NCBI GenBank assembly: GCA_964439965.1
Contig: CAYTQG010000002.1
Location: forward strand, 5,008 to 69,007
Direction: 5' to 3'
DNA: 64,000 nucleotides
Source: an uncultured Proteiniphilum sp.
GTDB lineage: Bacteria; Bacteroidota; Bacteroidia; Bacteroidales; Dysgonomonadaceae
The notes below the pieces were generated by a model. The model was not told the DNA's origin. It saw only the letters and a program-made list of their open reading frames with translations, and made no database searches. The translations under genes were made by a program, and so were the position numbers. Shown here one piece after another: positions 38,881 through 48,117 of this stretch (its first letter is position 1; the number at the start of each line of letters is the position of its first letter).

Positions 38881-39742
38881 ACGAACTAATTTTTCGGAGT
38901 TGCTGATTGCCAATAGTTTTCTTATTCCTGTTGTGAATAGATTTGGCATTAAGCTTGGATTGGGTGATAAGACTGTTGCCGCTGTGTGTAAAGAAAATGA
39001 TGTAGATGTATATTTCTTTATGACCATCATGCGTATATATATGGGCGAAGAGCAATGTTGCAGTGATGAATTCGATTTGTTTGATGTGTCGGAAGTATTA
39101 GATTTTCTAAAAACCACTACTGAACATTTTGCTCAATCATCAATTCCAAACATCGAAAAGCACCTCTTACCACTAATAGCGATGAGTGATAGCGATAACG
39201 AAGAACTTAAGCTACTTCATAATATTATTGCCCAATTTAAATCAGATTTTGCTAGTTATACACAACAAGAATTGTCTGATATAAAGGAGTATCCATATGA
39301 GTTGCTACATGATTTAAAGAGTATTCTAATTAAGCATATATCGGGCAATTATAATCAAAACTTGGCATACGCTGTTATTTTTTCTATTGATTCACTTGAG
39401 AGAGAACTTGACTTCTACAACAAAATATTTAATCGCCTGCTGGTACCAAAGCTTGATGAACTTGACTCGGAAAATATTGAAAGCCTTAATCATCTACTTG
39501 CTGAAGAGCAAAAGAGTACTGATAATAAGTGCCATCTCACTAATAGAGAGATTGAAATACTGAAATTGATAGTGCAAGGACATACCAATAAGGAGATTGC
39601 AGATCAGTTGAACATTAGCCTTAATACTGTATTGTCGCACCGAAAAAATATTATATCAAAGACAGGTATTAAAACTGTGTCAGGGCTAACTTTCTATGCC
39701 ATTTCTAATGGATATGCATCGTCTGGAAACTTTAAAATATAA
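38864..39742 (+). CDS. LuxR-family regulator with ScdA-N-like and degenerate hemerythrin-like domains
   Basis: RFGIKLGLGDKTVAAVC (ScdA_N-like); LTNREIEILKLIVQGHTNKEIADQLNISLNTVLSHRKN HTH. Confidence 0.85.
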   Translation: MTQITKRTNFSELLIANSFLIPVVNRFGIKLGLGDKTVAAVCKENDVDVYFFMTIMRIYMGEEQCCSDEFDLFDVSEVLDFLKTTTEHFAQSSIPNIEKHLLPLIAMSDSDNEELKLLHNIIAQFKSDFASYTQQELSDIKEYPYELLHDLKSILIKHISGNYNQNLAYAVIFSIDSLERELDFYNKIFNRLLVPKLDELDSENIESLNHLLAEEQKSTDNKCHLTNREIEILKLIVQGHTNKEIADQLNISLNTVLSHRKNIISKTGIKTVSGLTFYAISNGYASSGNFKI

Positions 39743-39783
39743 TTAAAAGAGAAAAGCACTATCATCCTATTTTGATAATTGAA

Positions 39784-40938
39784 ATGAATAATAAGACTAT
39801 AGCCTTTGTGGCAAACTTTACTGGTATTTTCCTTTTTGGAATTTCAATGGTTATTATCGGTTCAATACTTCCTGTGCTTAAGGTGAGATTTGGAATGACA
39901 GATATAGAGGCGGGAGGATTATTCTCAGTTTTACCTATTGGTTTGTTGATAGGCTCTGTATCATTTGGCCCGATTGTTGATAGGTTTGGTTATCGTGGCG
40001 TACTATCAGTAGCTTCTTTATTTCTGGCTATGGGTTTTATGGGTATTGCATATTCTCCAACTGTATCATTGCTTTGTATGTGTATATTCTTTTTTGGAAT
40101 GGGGGGTGGTGCTATCAATGGTGGAACAAGTGCATTGGTATCGGACTTGAGTGAGGGTCGAGCAAAGATAATCAATCTAAATTGGTTAGGCTTATTTTAC
40201 GGAGTGGGTGCTTTTAGTATGCCCTTTGCTTTGAGTAGGGTGAGTGATGATAGCTTGATAGTGGTGCTGTTGATTGCTGCAGTATTAAGTATTCTTTCTG
40301 CTTTGGGATTTCTGATTATTAAATATCCTATATCAGTAGAAAAGGAAAAGGTATCGATACGATTGATACCACAATTTATAAAGAATAAACTGTTTATGAC
40401 AATTGCATTTTATCTCTTCTTTCAGTCTGCCTTTGAGGCTATTGTAAACAACTGGTCGGTATCATATTTTATAGATGCATTGGGTACTGAACAAAATAAA
40501 GCTTTAGTTGCGCTGTCATATTCAGTGCTAGGGCTTATTGCCATGAGATTATTGATAGGTAGTGTGTTTAAAAAGATGAATCATCATAAAATAATTGCTC
40601 TATCTTTAGCTTTACTTGCAATGGGTACTTTAGGATTGATTGTTAGGATTTCTGTAATAAACTCTTTAGGTATGATACTGCTGGGGGCGGGACTTGCTTC
40701 GGGCTTTCCTGTTATGCTTGGTTTGGTAGGTGAGATGTTTAAAGAGATATCAGGAACTGCATTTAGTTTTGCAATGCTTATAGCTTTAACGGGAAACACA
40801 ATTATAAATTATCTGATAGGAGTGTTGACGAATACTTATGGTATGCGGGTATATATGTATGTGGTAGCGGCTGTTGTATTATTTATGGTTTCAATTTATT
40901 TGATGATACGAAGACTAACATTGTCTGATAGTAAATGA
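39784..40938 (+). CDS. MFS transporter (sugar permease-like)
   Basis: About 12 TM segments, GPIVDRFGYR motif A. Confidence 0.85.
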   Translation: MNNKTIAFVANFTGIFLFGISMVIIGSILPVLKVRFGMTDIEAGGLFSVLPIGLLIGSVSFGPIVDRFGYRGVLSVASLFLAMGFMGIAYSPTVSLLCMCIFFFGMGGGAINGGTSALVSDLSEGRAKIINLNWLGLFYGVGAFSMPFALSRVSDDSLIVVLLIAAVLSILSALGFLIIKYPISVEKEKVSIRLIPQFIKNKLFMTIAFYLFFQSAFEAIVNNWSVSYFIDALGTEQNKALVALSYSVLGLIAMRLLIGSVFKKMNHHKIIALSLALLAMGTLGLIVRISVINSLGMILLGAGLASGFPVMLGLVGEMFKEISGTAFSFAMLIALTGNTIINYLIGVLTNTYGMRVYMYVVAAVVLFMVSIYLMIRRLTLSDSK

Positions 40939-40969
40939 ATAATGATGCTATTATAGTGGCATTTCTTTT

Positions 40970-41007
40970 AATTTACAATTTTGTGCATGCGCACAAAATT
41001 GTAAATT
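40970..41007. promoter_or_regulatory. Perfect 17-bp inverted repeat overlapping a -7 promoter element; operator or terminator
   Basis: AATTTACAATTTTGTGC-ATGC-GCACAAAATTGTAAATT; TAAATTTG at 41002-41009. Confidence 0.6.
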
Positions 41008-41049
41008 TGTAAATTCATAAAAATAATTTATTATATAAAAACAAATCTC

Positions 41050-42054
41050 ATGAGAAAGTATTTACTTTTTACATTACTAATTTCATTTTTTATTACTGGG
41101 CTTAATGCGCAAAGTTTGCAATTTAAGGCTGGTGAGAGTTTCAAAATAGTACAATTTACGGATGTGCACTATAAGCCCAATGTAGCGGCATCCGACACAG
41201 CAATTATTCTAATCAAAGAGGTGCTTGAAAACGAGAAACCTGATTTTGTTGTATTTACTGGTGATGTGGCATGGGCTAAGCCTGCAAAAGATTGCTTTGA
41301 TGCTGCCTTAGCTCCTGTAATTGAAAAAGGAATTCCTTGGGCATACGTTAACGGAAACCATGATGATGAGCAAGGATGGACACGAACACAGATTATGGAT
41401 TATCTGGTGGAGCAACCATATTGCTTGGCGGTGCATGGCGACAAAAATCTAAAAGGTGAGGGCAATTATGTGTTAGAGCTTCGTGCGTCGGATGATAAGG
41501 ATAAGATAGAGACATTACTATACTTTTTGGATTCTGGTGCGTATAACAACAAGCATAAAAATGTGGGTTGGTCGTACGATTGGTTTGGACATGAGCAGGT
41601 AGATTGGTATCGCAAACAAAGTGCAGCATACACAGCCGAGAATAATGGGGACCCGTATAGAGCATTGGCTTTTTTCCATATTCCACTTGCTGAATATCCT
41701 ATAATGAGTGTTAAAAAAGATGAGCTTGTAGGTAGCTACAAAGAGGCAGAATGTAATGGGAAAATTAATACAGGTATGTTTGCCGCTATGATTGAATCTG
41801 GTGATGTGATAGGTACTTTCTGTGGACATGATCACGATAATGACTATATTGGCAACTATATGGGTATTGGTTTGGCTTACGGAAGGTATAGTGGTGGTAA
41901 CACTGTGTATAACAACCTTGGAAATAATGGTTGTAGAGTAATCACATTGGAAGAGGGAGGAAAAGGTTTTTCAACGTATATTCGTTTGCGCGGTGGTGAA
42001 AAGCTATATCCAGTGGATTTTCCAGGGAGCTTTAAAAAAGAAGATAAGAAATAA
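41050..42054 (+). CDS. Secreted calcineurin-like metallophosphoesterase (Dcr2-like)
   Basis: Signal peptide; QFTDVH, TGD, GNHD, FFHIP, GHDHDND. Confidence 0.88.
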   Translation: MRKYLLFTLLISFFITGLNAQSLQFKAGESFKIVQFTDVHYKPNVAASDTAIILIKEVLENEKPDFVVFTGDVAWAKPAKDCFDAALAPVIEKGIPWAYVNGNHDDEQGWTRTQIMDYLVEQPYCLAVHGDKNLKGEGNYVLELRASDDKDKIETLLYFLDSGAYNNKHKNVGWSYDWFGHEQVDWYRKQSAAYTAENNGDPYRALAFFHIPLAEYPIMSVKKDELVGSYKEAECNGKINTGMFAAMIESGDVIGTFCGHDHDNDYIGNYMGIGLAYGRYSGGNTVYNNLGNNGCRVITLEEGGKGFSTYIRLRGGEKLYPVDFPGSFKKEDKK

Positions 42055-42083
42055 GCTTAGCTTACTTGATATACTATACTTGC

Positions 42084-42118
42084 AGGAGATGACTCTATTG
42101 TTGGTCATCTCCTTTATT
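42084..42118 (+). terminator. Intrinsic terminator
   Basis: AGGAGATGAC/GTCATCTCCT stem plus T-rich tail. Confidence 0.7.
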
Positions 42119-42179
42119 GTTATATACAAGAAAAATAAATTAGTAACTTTGTGCCAACAAATTAAATGATTGACAATAC

Positions 42180-43403
42180 ATGTTTAATGTTTCTTTTCCC
42201 AAACTAGAGCCACAAACTTTGGCAGTAAAACTAAAGGCTTCATCTGAAAAAATATTATTACAGTCTGCCCATCCTTGGATATATAGTGATAGTGTTGATA
42301 GGATAAATAAGGAGGGTGCTGCTGGTGATATTGCAATATTGTTTAGACAGAAAACTAACAAAGTTGTAGGTATGGGTCTTTACGATCCCGACTCTCCGAT
42401 TGTTATTAAAATGCTTCACTATTATAGTGGCGGCACGCTTAATAGAGAGTTCTTTAGGGAGCGAATCAAAAAGGCTTATGATTTGCGCCGAGAGTTGTTG
42501 GAAACAAAAACTAATAGTTATCGATTGATTTTTGGAGAAAATGACGGGTTTCCCGGCTTGATAGTTGATGTGTATGCCGATGTAGTGGTAGTGCAACTAC
42601 ACTCAGCTATTTGGTATCCGTATATAGAGGATATATTTAACGAGATAATAGATGTTACTAAGTGTACAGCGCTTGTTGTGCGACTTAATAGATATATGTT
42701 AACTCTGGATAATAATCCTTTTGAAGATGGACAGGTAGTTTATGGTACTTTACAAAATGAGGTGGTAGTTTTTCAAGAGCATGGCATATTATTTTCAGCT
42801 AATGTGATAAAGGGGCACAAGACAGGTTACTTCCTCGATCATAGAGATAATCGCCGTAGAGTGGGGAGCATGTCAAAAGGGAAGACCGTTCTTGATGTTT
42901 TTGCATATGCAGGCGGTTTCTCAGTTCATGCTCTCGCAGGTGGTGCACGTGAGGTTACTAGTGTAGATATAAGCAAACAGGCACTAGAGCTTGCTAAGGA
43001 AAATGCGTTGCTTAATAAGTTTTCGGGTAAGCATGCTACATTAGCAGGTGATGCTTTTGAAATACTTGAGGAGATGCGTCGCAAGAGGCGTACGTTTGAT
43101 ATTGTTGTTATCGACCCACCATCATTTGCAAAGGCAGAGTCGGGTGTGGATATTGCTCTGAAAAAATATTATCAGTTGGCACAACTAGGTTCTTCACTTG
43201 TTTCGCCTAATGGCACTCTTGTTCTGGCCTCTTGTTCATCAAGGGTAACTGCTGATCAATTCTTCGAACAGGCTGAGTCTGCTATGGCTAAATCCCATAG
43301 CTCGTTTAAGCTTGTCAAGAAAACATTCCACGATATCGATCACCCTATTTCGTTTAAAGAAGGTGCGTATCTTAAATGTGGATATTATAAAAGAGTAAGA
43401 TAA
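42180..43403 (+). CDS. Class I SAM-dependent rRNA methyltransferase (RlmI/RlmK-like)
   Basis: HPWIY PUA-like start, ENDGFPGL, GHKTGYFLD, VLDVFAYAGGFS, DPPSF. Confidence 0.85.
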   Translation: MFNVSFPKLEPQTLAVKLKASSEKILLQSAHPWIYSDSVDRINKEGAAGDIAILFRQKTNKVVGMGLYDPDSPIVIKMLHYYSGGTLNREFFRERIKKAYDLRRELLETKTNSYRLIFGENDGFPGLIVDVYADVVVVQLHSAIWYPYIEDIFNEIIDVTKCTALVVRLNRYMLTLDNNPFEDGQVVYGTLQNEVVVFQEHGILFSANVIKGHKTGYFLDHRDNRRRVGSMSKGKTVLDVFAYAGGFSVHALAGGAREVTSVDISKQALELAKENALLNKFSGKHATLAGDAFEILEEMRRKRRTFDIVVIDPPSFAKAESGVDIALKKYYQLAQLGSSLVSPNGTLVLASCSSRVTADQFFEQAESAMAKSHSSFKLVKKTFHDIDHPISFKEGAYLKCGYYKRVR

Positions 43404-43443
43404 TAAAATAGGCAACCATATGATGTGGTTGCCTATTTTATTA
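43401..43443. terminator. Bidirectional terminator
   Basis: TAATAAAATAGGCAACCAT...GTGGTTGCCTATTTTATTA. Confidence 0.8.
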
Positions 43444-43455
43444 CTGAGCTAGTGT

Positions 43456-44763
43456 TTAAAATCCAAATTTATAATCAAGTGTGCTGTTCATCCCAATAGT
43501 GCCGTAGTACTTATCTATATGACCTTTTATGGTAACCTTCTCGCCTAATATATCCTTGTTGTCATTAAGGTTGAGTGAGTTTCTCATATCCCCAGTTTTA
43601 AGAAACACAGGAAAGGTGTTTTCTCCATCTTGTTCGTTTGGTGATGAAGCGATGGCTACACAAGTCTCCTTAATCTCATCAAAAGAGTAAATATCATTAG
43701 AGAATGTCTTAACAGTATTGCCCGTATAGTGTCCCACGATGTAACCCTTTACCCATACTGTGCGCTCTTGCTCTACACTTTTTGCTTTCGATACGGAATA
43801 TGGATTATCTTCACTTCCATCTCCATTTTCATCACCACCGCTAGGTACTTCTGTTCCATTTCCTAATACAATATCCTCGGTGGGACCTTCAATCCAAGGG
43901 TTGATAGTTGAACTTGGGTTTACAATCACGCTTATGCTTACATCATCAGAGTCAAAGCTTATATTTAGTTGGTAAGTTGTACCCGACTCAAAGGATGGTA
44001 TTTTGGCAAGGTTGTCTAGTTTATGAGTATAAGATAAATCGTTACTTATAACTTCAAGGGCAACCCCATTCATATTATCATTTGGTATTACTAATGCTTC
44101 CGATCTGTCGCCTTTGTTATTAGTCTTCATGCGCACATTTCCTTTAGTTACATTTGTAAACTTCTTATCTGCAAAAGAGAAATCACCCTTAATGTTTACT
44201 CCTCTTAGCGTAAGTCTAACATCCTTAAGTGGCACTCCTGGTTTACCAGTTAGGTTGATAAGAATTTTTGTTAGTTGAGGTGTAAAACGCAAACCAACTT
44301 CATTGTCAGTTCTACTCAAACCTTTAGCATTGTCGGAAAATAAGAAGTTGATAGCCGACTGATTATCTTGTGAATATAAATTTACTGGGTATTTGAGATT
44401 TGATCCGATGTTGTTTTTGTAGGGATAATACGAAATAAAGTCAACTTTAGCTCCGTTGTCTGGAAATTTGATATCAACAGCATCGCTGGCAGGTGCGAAA
44501 TTGCCAGAGCCATCAGTTGTGTATTTCTCGTTTTGATGAAGCAAGTTAGAGGCTGTAAGATTAGACCCCGATTTCAACATATAAATTCCGATTAAATCCC
44601 CTGGGTCCCAATTGTTGTCAGTTGCACGCGTCTGTGAGTTGTTAATTCTCGCATTAACTTTAATACTTGTGTCCAACATAGATGAGTCAATTGATACACT
44701 TTCACATGAAAATAATATTGTCGATAACAATATTAAAACTAATGGATAGTAGCTTAGTTTCAT
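43456..44763 (-). CDS. Fimbrillin (Mfa-like) lipoprotein with C-terminal DUF6359-like domain
   Basis: Lipobox LFSC, QTRA processing site, WDPGDLIGIY, FISYYPY; GDGSEDNPYSV...VWVKGYIVG. Confidence 0.75.
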   Translation of the reverse strand: MKLSYYPLVLILLSTILFSCESVSIDSSMLDTSIKVNARINNSQTRATDNNWDPGDLIGIYMLKSGSNLTASNLLHQNEKYTTDGSGNFAPASDAVDIKFPDNGAKVDFISYYPYKNNIGSNLKYPVNLYSQDNQSAINFLFSDNAKGLSRTDNEVGLRFTPQLTKILINLTGKPGVPLKDVRLTLRGVNIKGDFSFADKKFTNVTKGNVRMKTNNKGDRSEALVIPNDNMNGVALEVISNDLSYTHKLDNLAKIPSFESGTTYQLNISFDSDDVSISVIVNPSSTINPWIEGPTEDIVLGNGTEVPSGGDENGDGSEDNPYSVSKAKSVEQERTVWVKGYIVGHYTGNTVKTFSNDIYSFDEIKETCVAIASSPNEQDGENTFPVFLKTGDMRNSLNLNDNKDILGEKVTIKGHIDKYYGTIGMNSTLDYKFGF

Positions 44764-44935
44764 AGCATTTTAAATTATTATTAGTACAAATTAGATTTTA
44801 CACTCGCAAATATATGTAAGATTATTGTAAGCACAAATTAACTTTAAATAATTATTATAAGTGTAATCATTAATCGTCAAGAATTTGTATATTTACCAAT
44901 TAATGTACGAAAAAGACAATATAAAATATCAAATT

Positions 44936-45889
44936 ATGAAGAAAGTCCTAATCACTTATCCAATTAGAAAAGAAGCTATAGAGGAGCTTTGTAGTAAATA
45001 TGACGTAGTAATATCCGATGAAAAAGGTTTTAATCGAGCTCAAGTGCTTGAAATGATTGAAGACTTTGAAGTATTGGTTCCAAACTTTGGATTTTACACC
45101 GATCAAGAGATAATGGATAAAGGCAAGAAGCTGGAGTTAATATCAAATTATGGAGTAGGATATAATAATATTGATGTTGATTATGCTACTAAGAAGGGAT
45201 TGGTGGTAACCAACACACCCAAATCGACATGTGAGCCAACTGCCGAGCTTGCATTTGCGCTATTGCTAGCTGCGGGTAGACGTTTGGGATATTATGATAG
45301 AAAACTTCGCGAGCCACGAGCTATTGATTGGGGAATATATGGTGATCCTGGTATTTCAATATTTGGTAAAACTCTTGGCATTATTGGTATGGGAAGGATT
45401 GGTCAGGCAATAGCGCGACGAGCCATAGCTTCAGGAATGAGTATAATTTATCATAATAGAAATAGATTGTCTCTTGAAATAGAGGAAAGATATAATGCGA
45501 AGTATGTATCATTTGAGGAGCTATTGACAACATCCGATTATGTATCACTCAATGCACCATCAACACCAGAGACATACAAACTGATAGGCGAGAAAGAGCT
45601 ATTGATGATGAAACCTATGTCTGTTTTTATCAACACAGCGCGTGGTAATATGGTTGATGAAGCTGCGCTTGCCAAAATACTGAAAGAGGAGCGTATATTT
45701 GCAGCTGCCCTTGATGTATATGAAAATGAACCAAAGATACATCCAGAGTTATTAAGTTTGGATAATGTGTTGCTAGCACCCCATGCTGGTACTAAAACTA
45801 TAGAGGACCGTGATAATATGGCTAAAGAAATGGCTGAAAATATTATAGGTTTCTATGAAGGTAAGTATAAAATAGAACGAGTGAATTAG
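44936..45889 (+). CDS. D-isomer-specific 2-hydroxyacid dehydrogenase
   Basis: GVGYNNID, GIIGMGRIG, INTARG, LDVYENEP, PHAG. ATG 44936 chosen. Confidence 0.9.
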   Translation: MKKVLITYPIRKEAIEELCSKYDVVISDEKGFNRAQVLEMIEDFEVLVPNFGFYTDQEIMDKGKKLELISNYGVGYNNIDVDYATKKGLVVTNTPKSTCEPTAELAFALLLAAGRRLGYYDRKLREPRAIDWGIYGDPGISIFGKTLGIIGMGRIGQAIARRAIASGMSIIYHNRNRLSLEIEERYNAKYVSFEELLTTSDYVSLNAPSTPETYKLIGEKELLMMKPMSVFINTARGNMVDEAALAKILKEERIFAAALDVYENEPKIHPELLSLDNVLLAPHAGTKTIEDRDNMAKEMAENIIGFYEGKYKIERVN

Positions 45890-45954
45890 TAATAATGATA
45901 ATTACCGTTGTAGTATATATAAACTAAAGATAATACCTAACTTTGCACCGTTGA

Positions 45955-46016
45955 GAAAAGAGCACTATGTTCCTAATCAATCATAATATTATGAGATAGG
46001 ATATATTGCTCTTTTC
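45955..46016 (+). other. Long RNA hairpin just downstream of a TAACTTTG promoter element (leader or sRNA)
   Basis: GAAAAGAGCA...TGCTCTTTTC base stem with further pairing to the apex; TAACTTTG at 45938-45945. Confidence 0.55.
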
Positions 46017-46048
46017 CTTTGGCATACAAAACAAGAGTAGGTACAAAG

Positions 46049-47305
46049 ATGAAAATAGATAGTAACGATAAATTGGAACATTATAGGGTTTTGACTGGTG
46101 AGCTGCCAAACGGAATGCGTATAATTCATATGCCATATCATTCCGAAATATCATATTGTGGTGTAGCTGTAAACACTGGTTCGAGGGATGAATATGAAGA
46201 TGAGTGGGGTATGGCTCACTTTGTGGAGCACCTATTATTTAAGGGAACAAAGCGACGACGCGCACACCATATAATAAATAGAATGGAAAATGTGGGAGGT
46301 GAACTAAATGCGTACACAACTAAGGAAGAAACATTTATTTATGCCACATTTTTAACTGAGTATTTCGAACGGGCAGTTGAGTTGATTAGTGATGTGGTTT
46401 GCAATTCTGTGTTTCCAAGTAACCAAATAGAGAAGGAGTGTGAGGTTATATTAGATGAAATAAATAGCTATGAGGATGTGCCATCCGAATTGATTTATGA
46501 TGATTTTGAAAATTTAATATATAAAAAAAGTGACTTGGGGCATTATATACTTGGATTGTCTGAGACTATTACAACGTTTGACACAAATAAAATAAAAGCA
46601 TTTTTCAAAAGACAATATAGACCAGACAATATGATATTATTTTCATTTGGCAAAACACCATTTGATAAGGTAGTAAAGCTGAGTGAAAAGTATTTTGTTT
46701 TTGATGATATTGCACCATATGATTTGAAGCAAAGAATAGCCCCTAAAGTAAACAAACCACAATCAATAGTTTTGCATAAAGATACTGCGCAAGCTCATGT
46801 GATGCTTGGTGGATACTCTATGAATATGCACGATGAGGATAGATTTGCCCTTTATCTGCTTAATAATATATTTGGTGGAGCAAATGCTAGTAGCAGGCTA
46901 AACAACTCGCTTAGAGAAAAGAATGGATTGGTGTATAATGTGGAGTCGATAATAACAGCTTATAGCGATACCGGTATTTTTGCAATTTACTTTGCAACAG
47001 ATAAAAAGAATGTTGCCAGATGCATACGGCTAATTAATAAACAGATGCAATTATTGATTCAGAAAAAAATAACCCCTACGCAGCTTAATACTGCTAAACG
47101 AATGTATAAAGGGCATATGGGTATTGCTAGTGAGAGCAACGAGGCTGTGGTATTGAGAATGGCTAAGAGTTATCTACATTATAATAATTACTTTTCGATA
47201 AAAGAGTTGTTCGAAAGAATAGATAAAATTGAATCAGAAAAGCTTCAAGAATTAGCCAGTGATATCTTTAGTAATGATGAGTTTACACAGATAATATACC
47301 AATAA
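46049..47305 (+). CDS. Peptidase M16 family
   Basis: GSRDE, HFVEH (HxxEH), NAYTTKEET, LREKNGLVY. ATG 46049 chosen. Confidence 0.9.
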   Translation: MKIDSNDKLEHYRVLTGELPNGMRIIHMPYHSEISYCGVAVNTGSRDEYEDEWGMAHFVEHLLFKGTKRRRAHHIINRMENVGGELNAYTTKEETFIYATFLTEYFERAVELISDVVCNSVFPSNQIEKECEVILDEINSYEDVPSELIYDDFENLIYKKSDLGHYILGLSETITTFDTNKIKAFFKRQYRPDNMILFSFGKTPFDKVVKLSEKYFVFDDIAPYDLKQRIAPKVNKPQSIVLHKDTAQAHVMLGGYSMNMHDEDRFALYLLNNIFGGANASSRLNNSLREKNGLVYNVESIITAYSDTGIFAIYFATDKKNVARCIRLINKQMQLLIQKKITPTQLNTAKRMYKGHMGIASESNEAVVLRMAKSYLHYNNYFSIKELFERIDKIESEKLQELASDIFSNDEFTQIIYQ

Positions 47306-47433
47306 ATAGTTGTTGATGTTGAACGAGTAAGAATGAATTGGCACGAACAATAAATAAAAATGATTGTTTAATAGACGTGCTTCAAAACAAGTACTATTAC
47401 AAAACAAACTAACAAAAAATTAAAATTTTAATT

Positions 47434-48033
47434 ATGAAAAAGTATTTAAGACTTACATTTATCGTAGCAATGCTGTCAGTAATTACTGTGGCTAGTGCTC
47501 AAGTAAGACTAGGAGTAAAAGGTGGTGTAAACGCATCTAATTTTAATGGTCAAGACAACAACAAAGCTAAAATTGGTTTTAATGTAGGAGTTTTGGCAGA
47601 TTATGATTTTGCTCCTAATGTTGGGCTTCAATCAGGATTATTTGCAACTACAAAAGGGTTTAAGTACAAAGAGAACTCGTTAGAATATACTGATAATTTG
47701 GTTTATGTTCAATTACCAGTACATATTGCATTTAAAGTTGACGTAACTTCTGGAACTAAAGTATTCTTGCATGGTGGTCCTTATTTTGCATACGGTGTTG
47801 GAGGAAAACGTTCATTGGCTGTTGGTTCCTTTGAAGGATCAAGTGATAAAGTATTCGGAGATGGAACATTTCAGTACAAATCATTTGATGCAGGCCTTGG
47901 TATAGGTGCTGGTATCGAGTTAGGACAACTATTATTTGATCTTGGTTGGGATATGGGACTTGTTGACATATCTAACTCATCAAAATCGATTAAAAATCAA
48001 AATGCCTACCTATCAGTAGGGTTTAAGTTCTAA
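47434..48033 (+). CDS. Outer-membrane beta-barrel (porin family) protein
   Basis: Signal peptide, GVKGGVN, alternating strands, C-terminal SVGFKF. Confidence 0.8.
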   Translation: MKKYLRLTFIVAMLSVITVASAQVRLGVKGGVNASNFNGQDNNKAKIGFNVGVLADYDFAPNVGLQSGLFATTKGFKYKENSLEYTDNLVYVQLPVHIAFKVDVTSGTKVFLHGGPYFAYGVGGKRSLAVGSFEGSSDKVFGDGTFQYKSFDAGLGIGAGIELGQLLFDLGWDMGLVDISNSSKSIKNQNAYLSVGFKF

Positions 48034-48057
48034 TAATAGACAAGTAATTATATCCAT

Positions 48058-48092
48058 AAAAAACATCGCCCAGCAATGAGCGATGTTTTTTT
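48058..48092. terminator. Bidirectional terminator
   Basis: AAAAAACATCGC...GCGATGTTTTTT. Confidence 0.8.
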
Positions 48093-48117
48093 GTATCTAT
48101 ATGCTTGAGTTATAATC

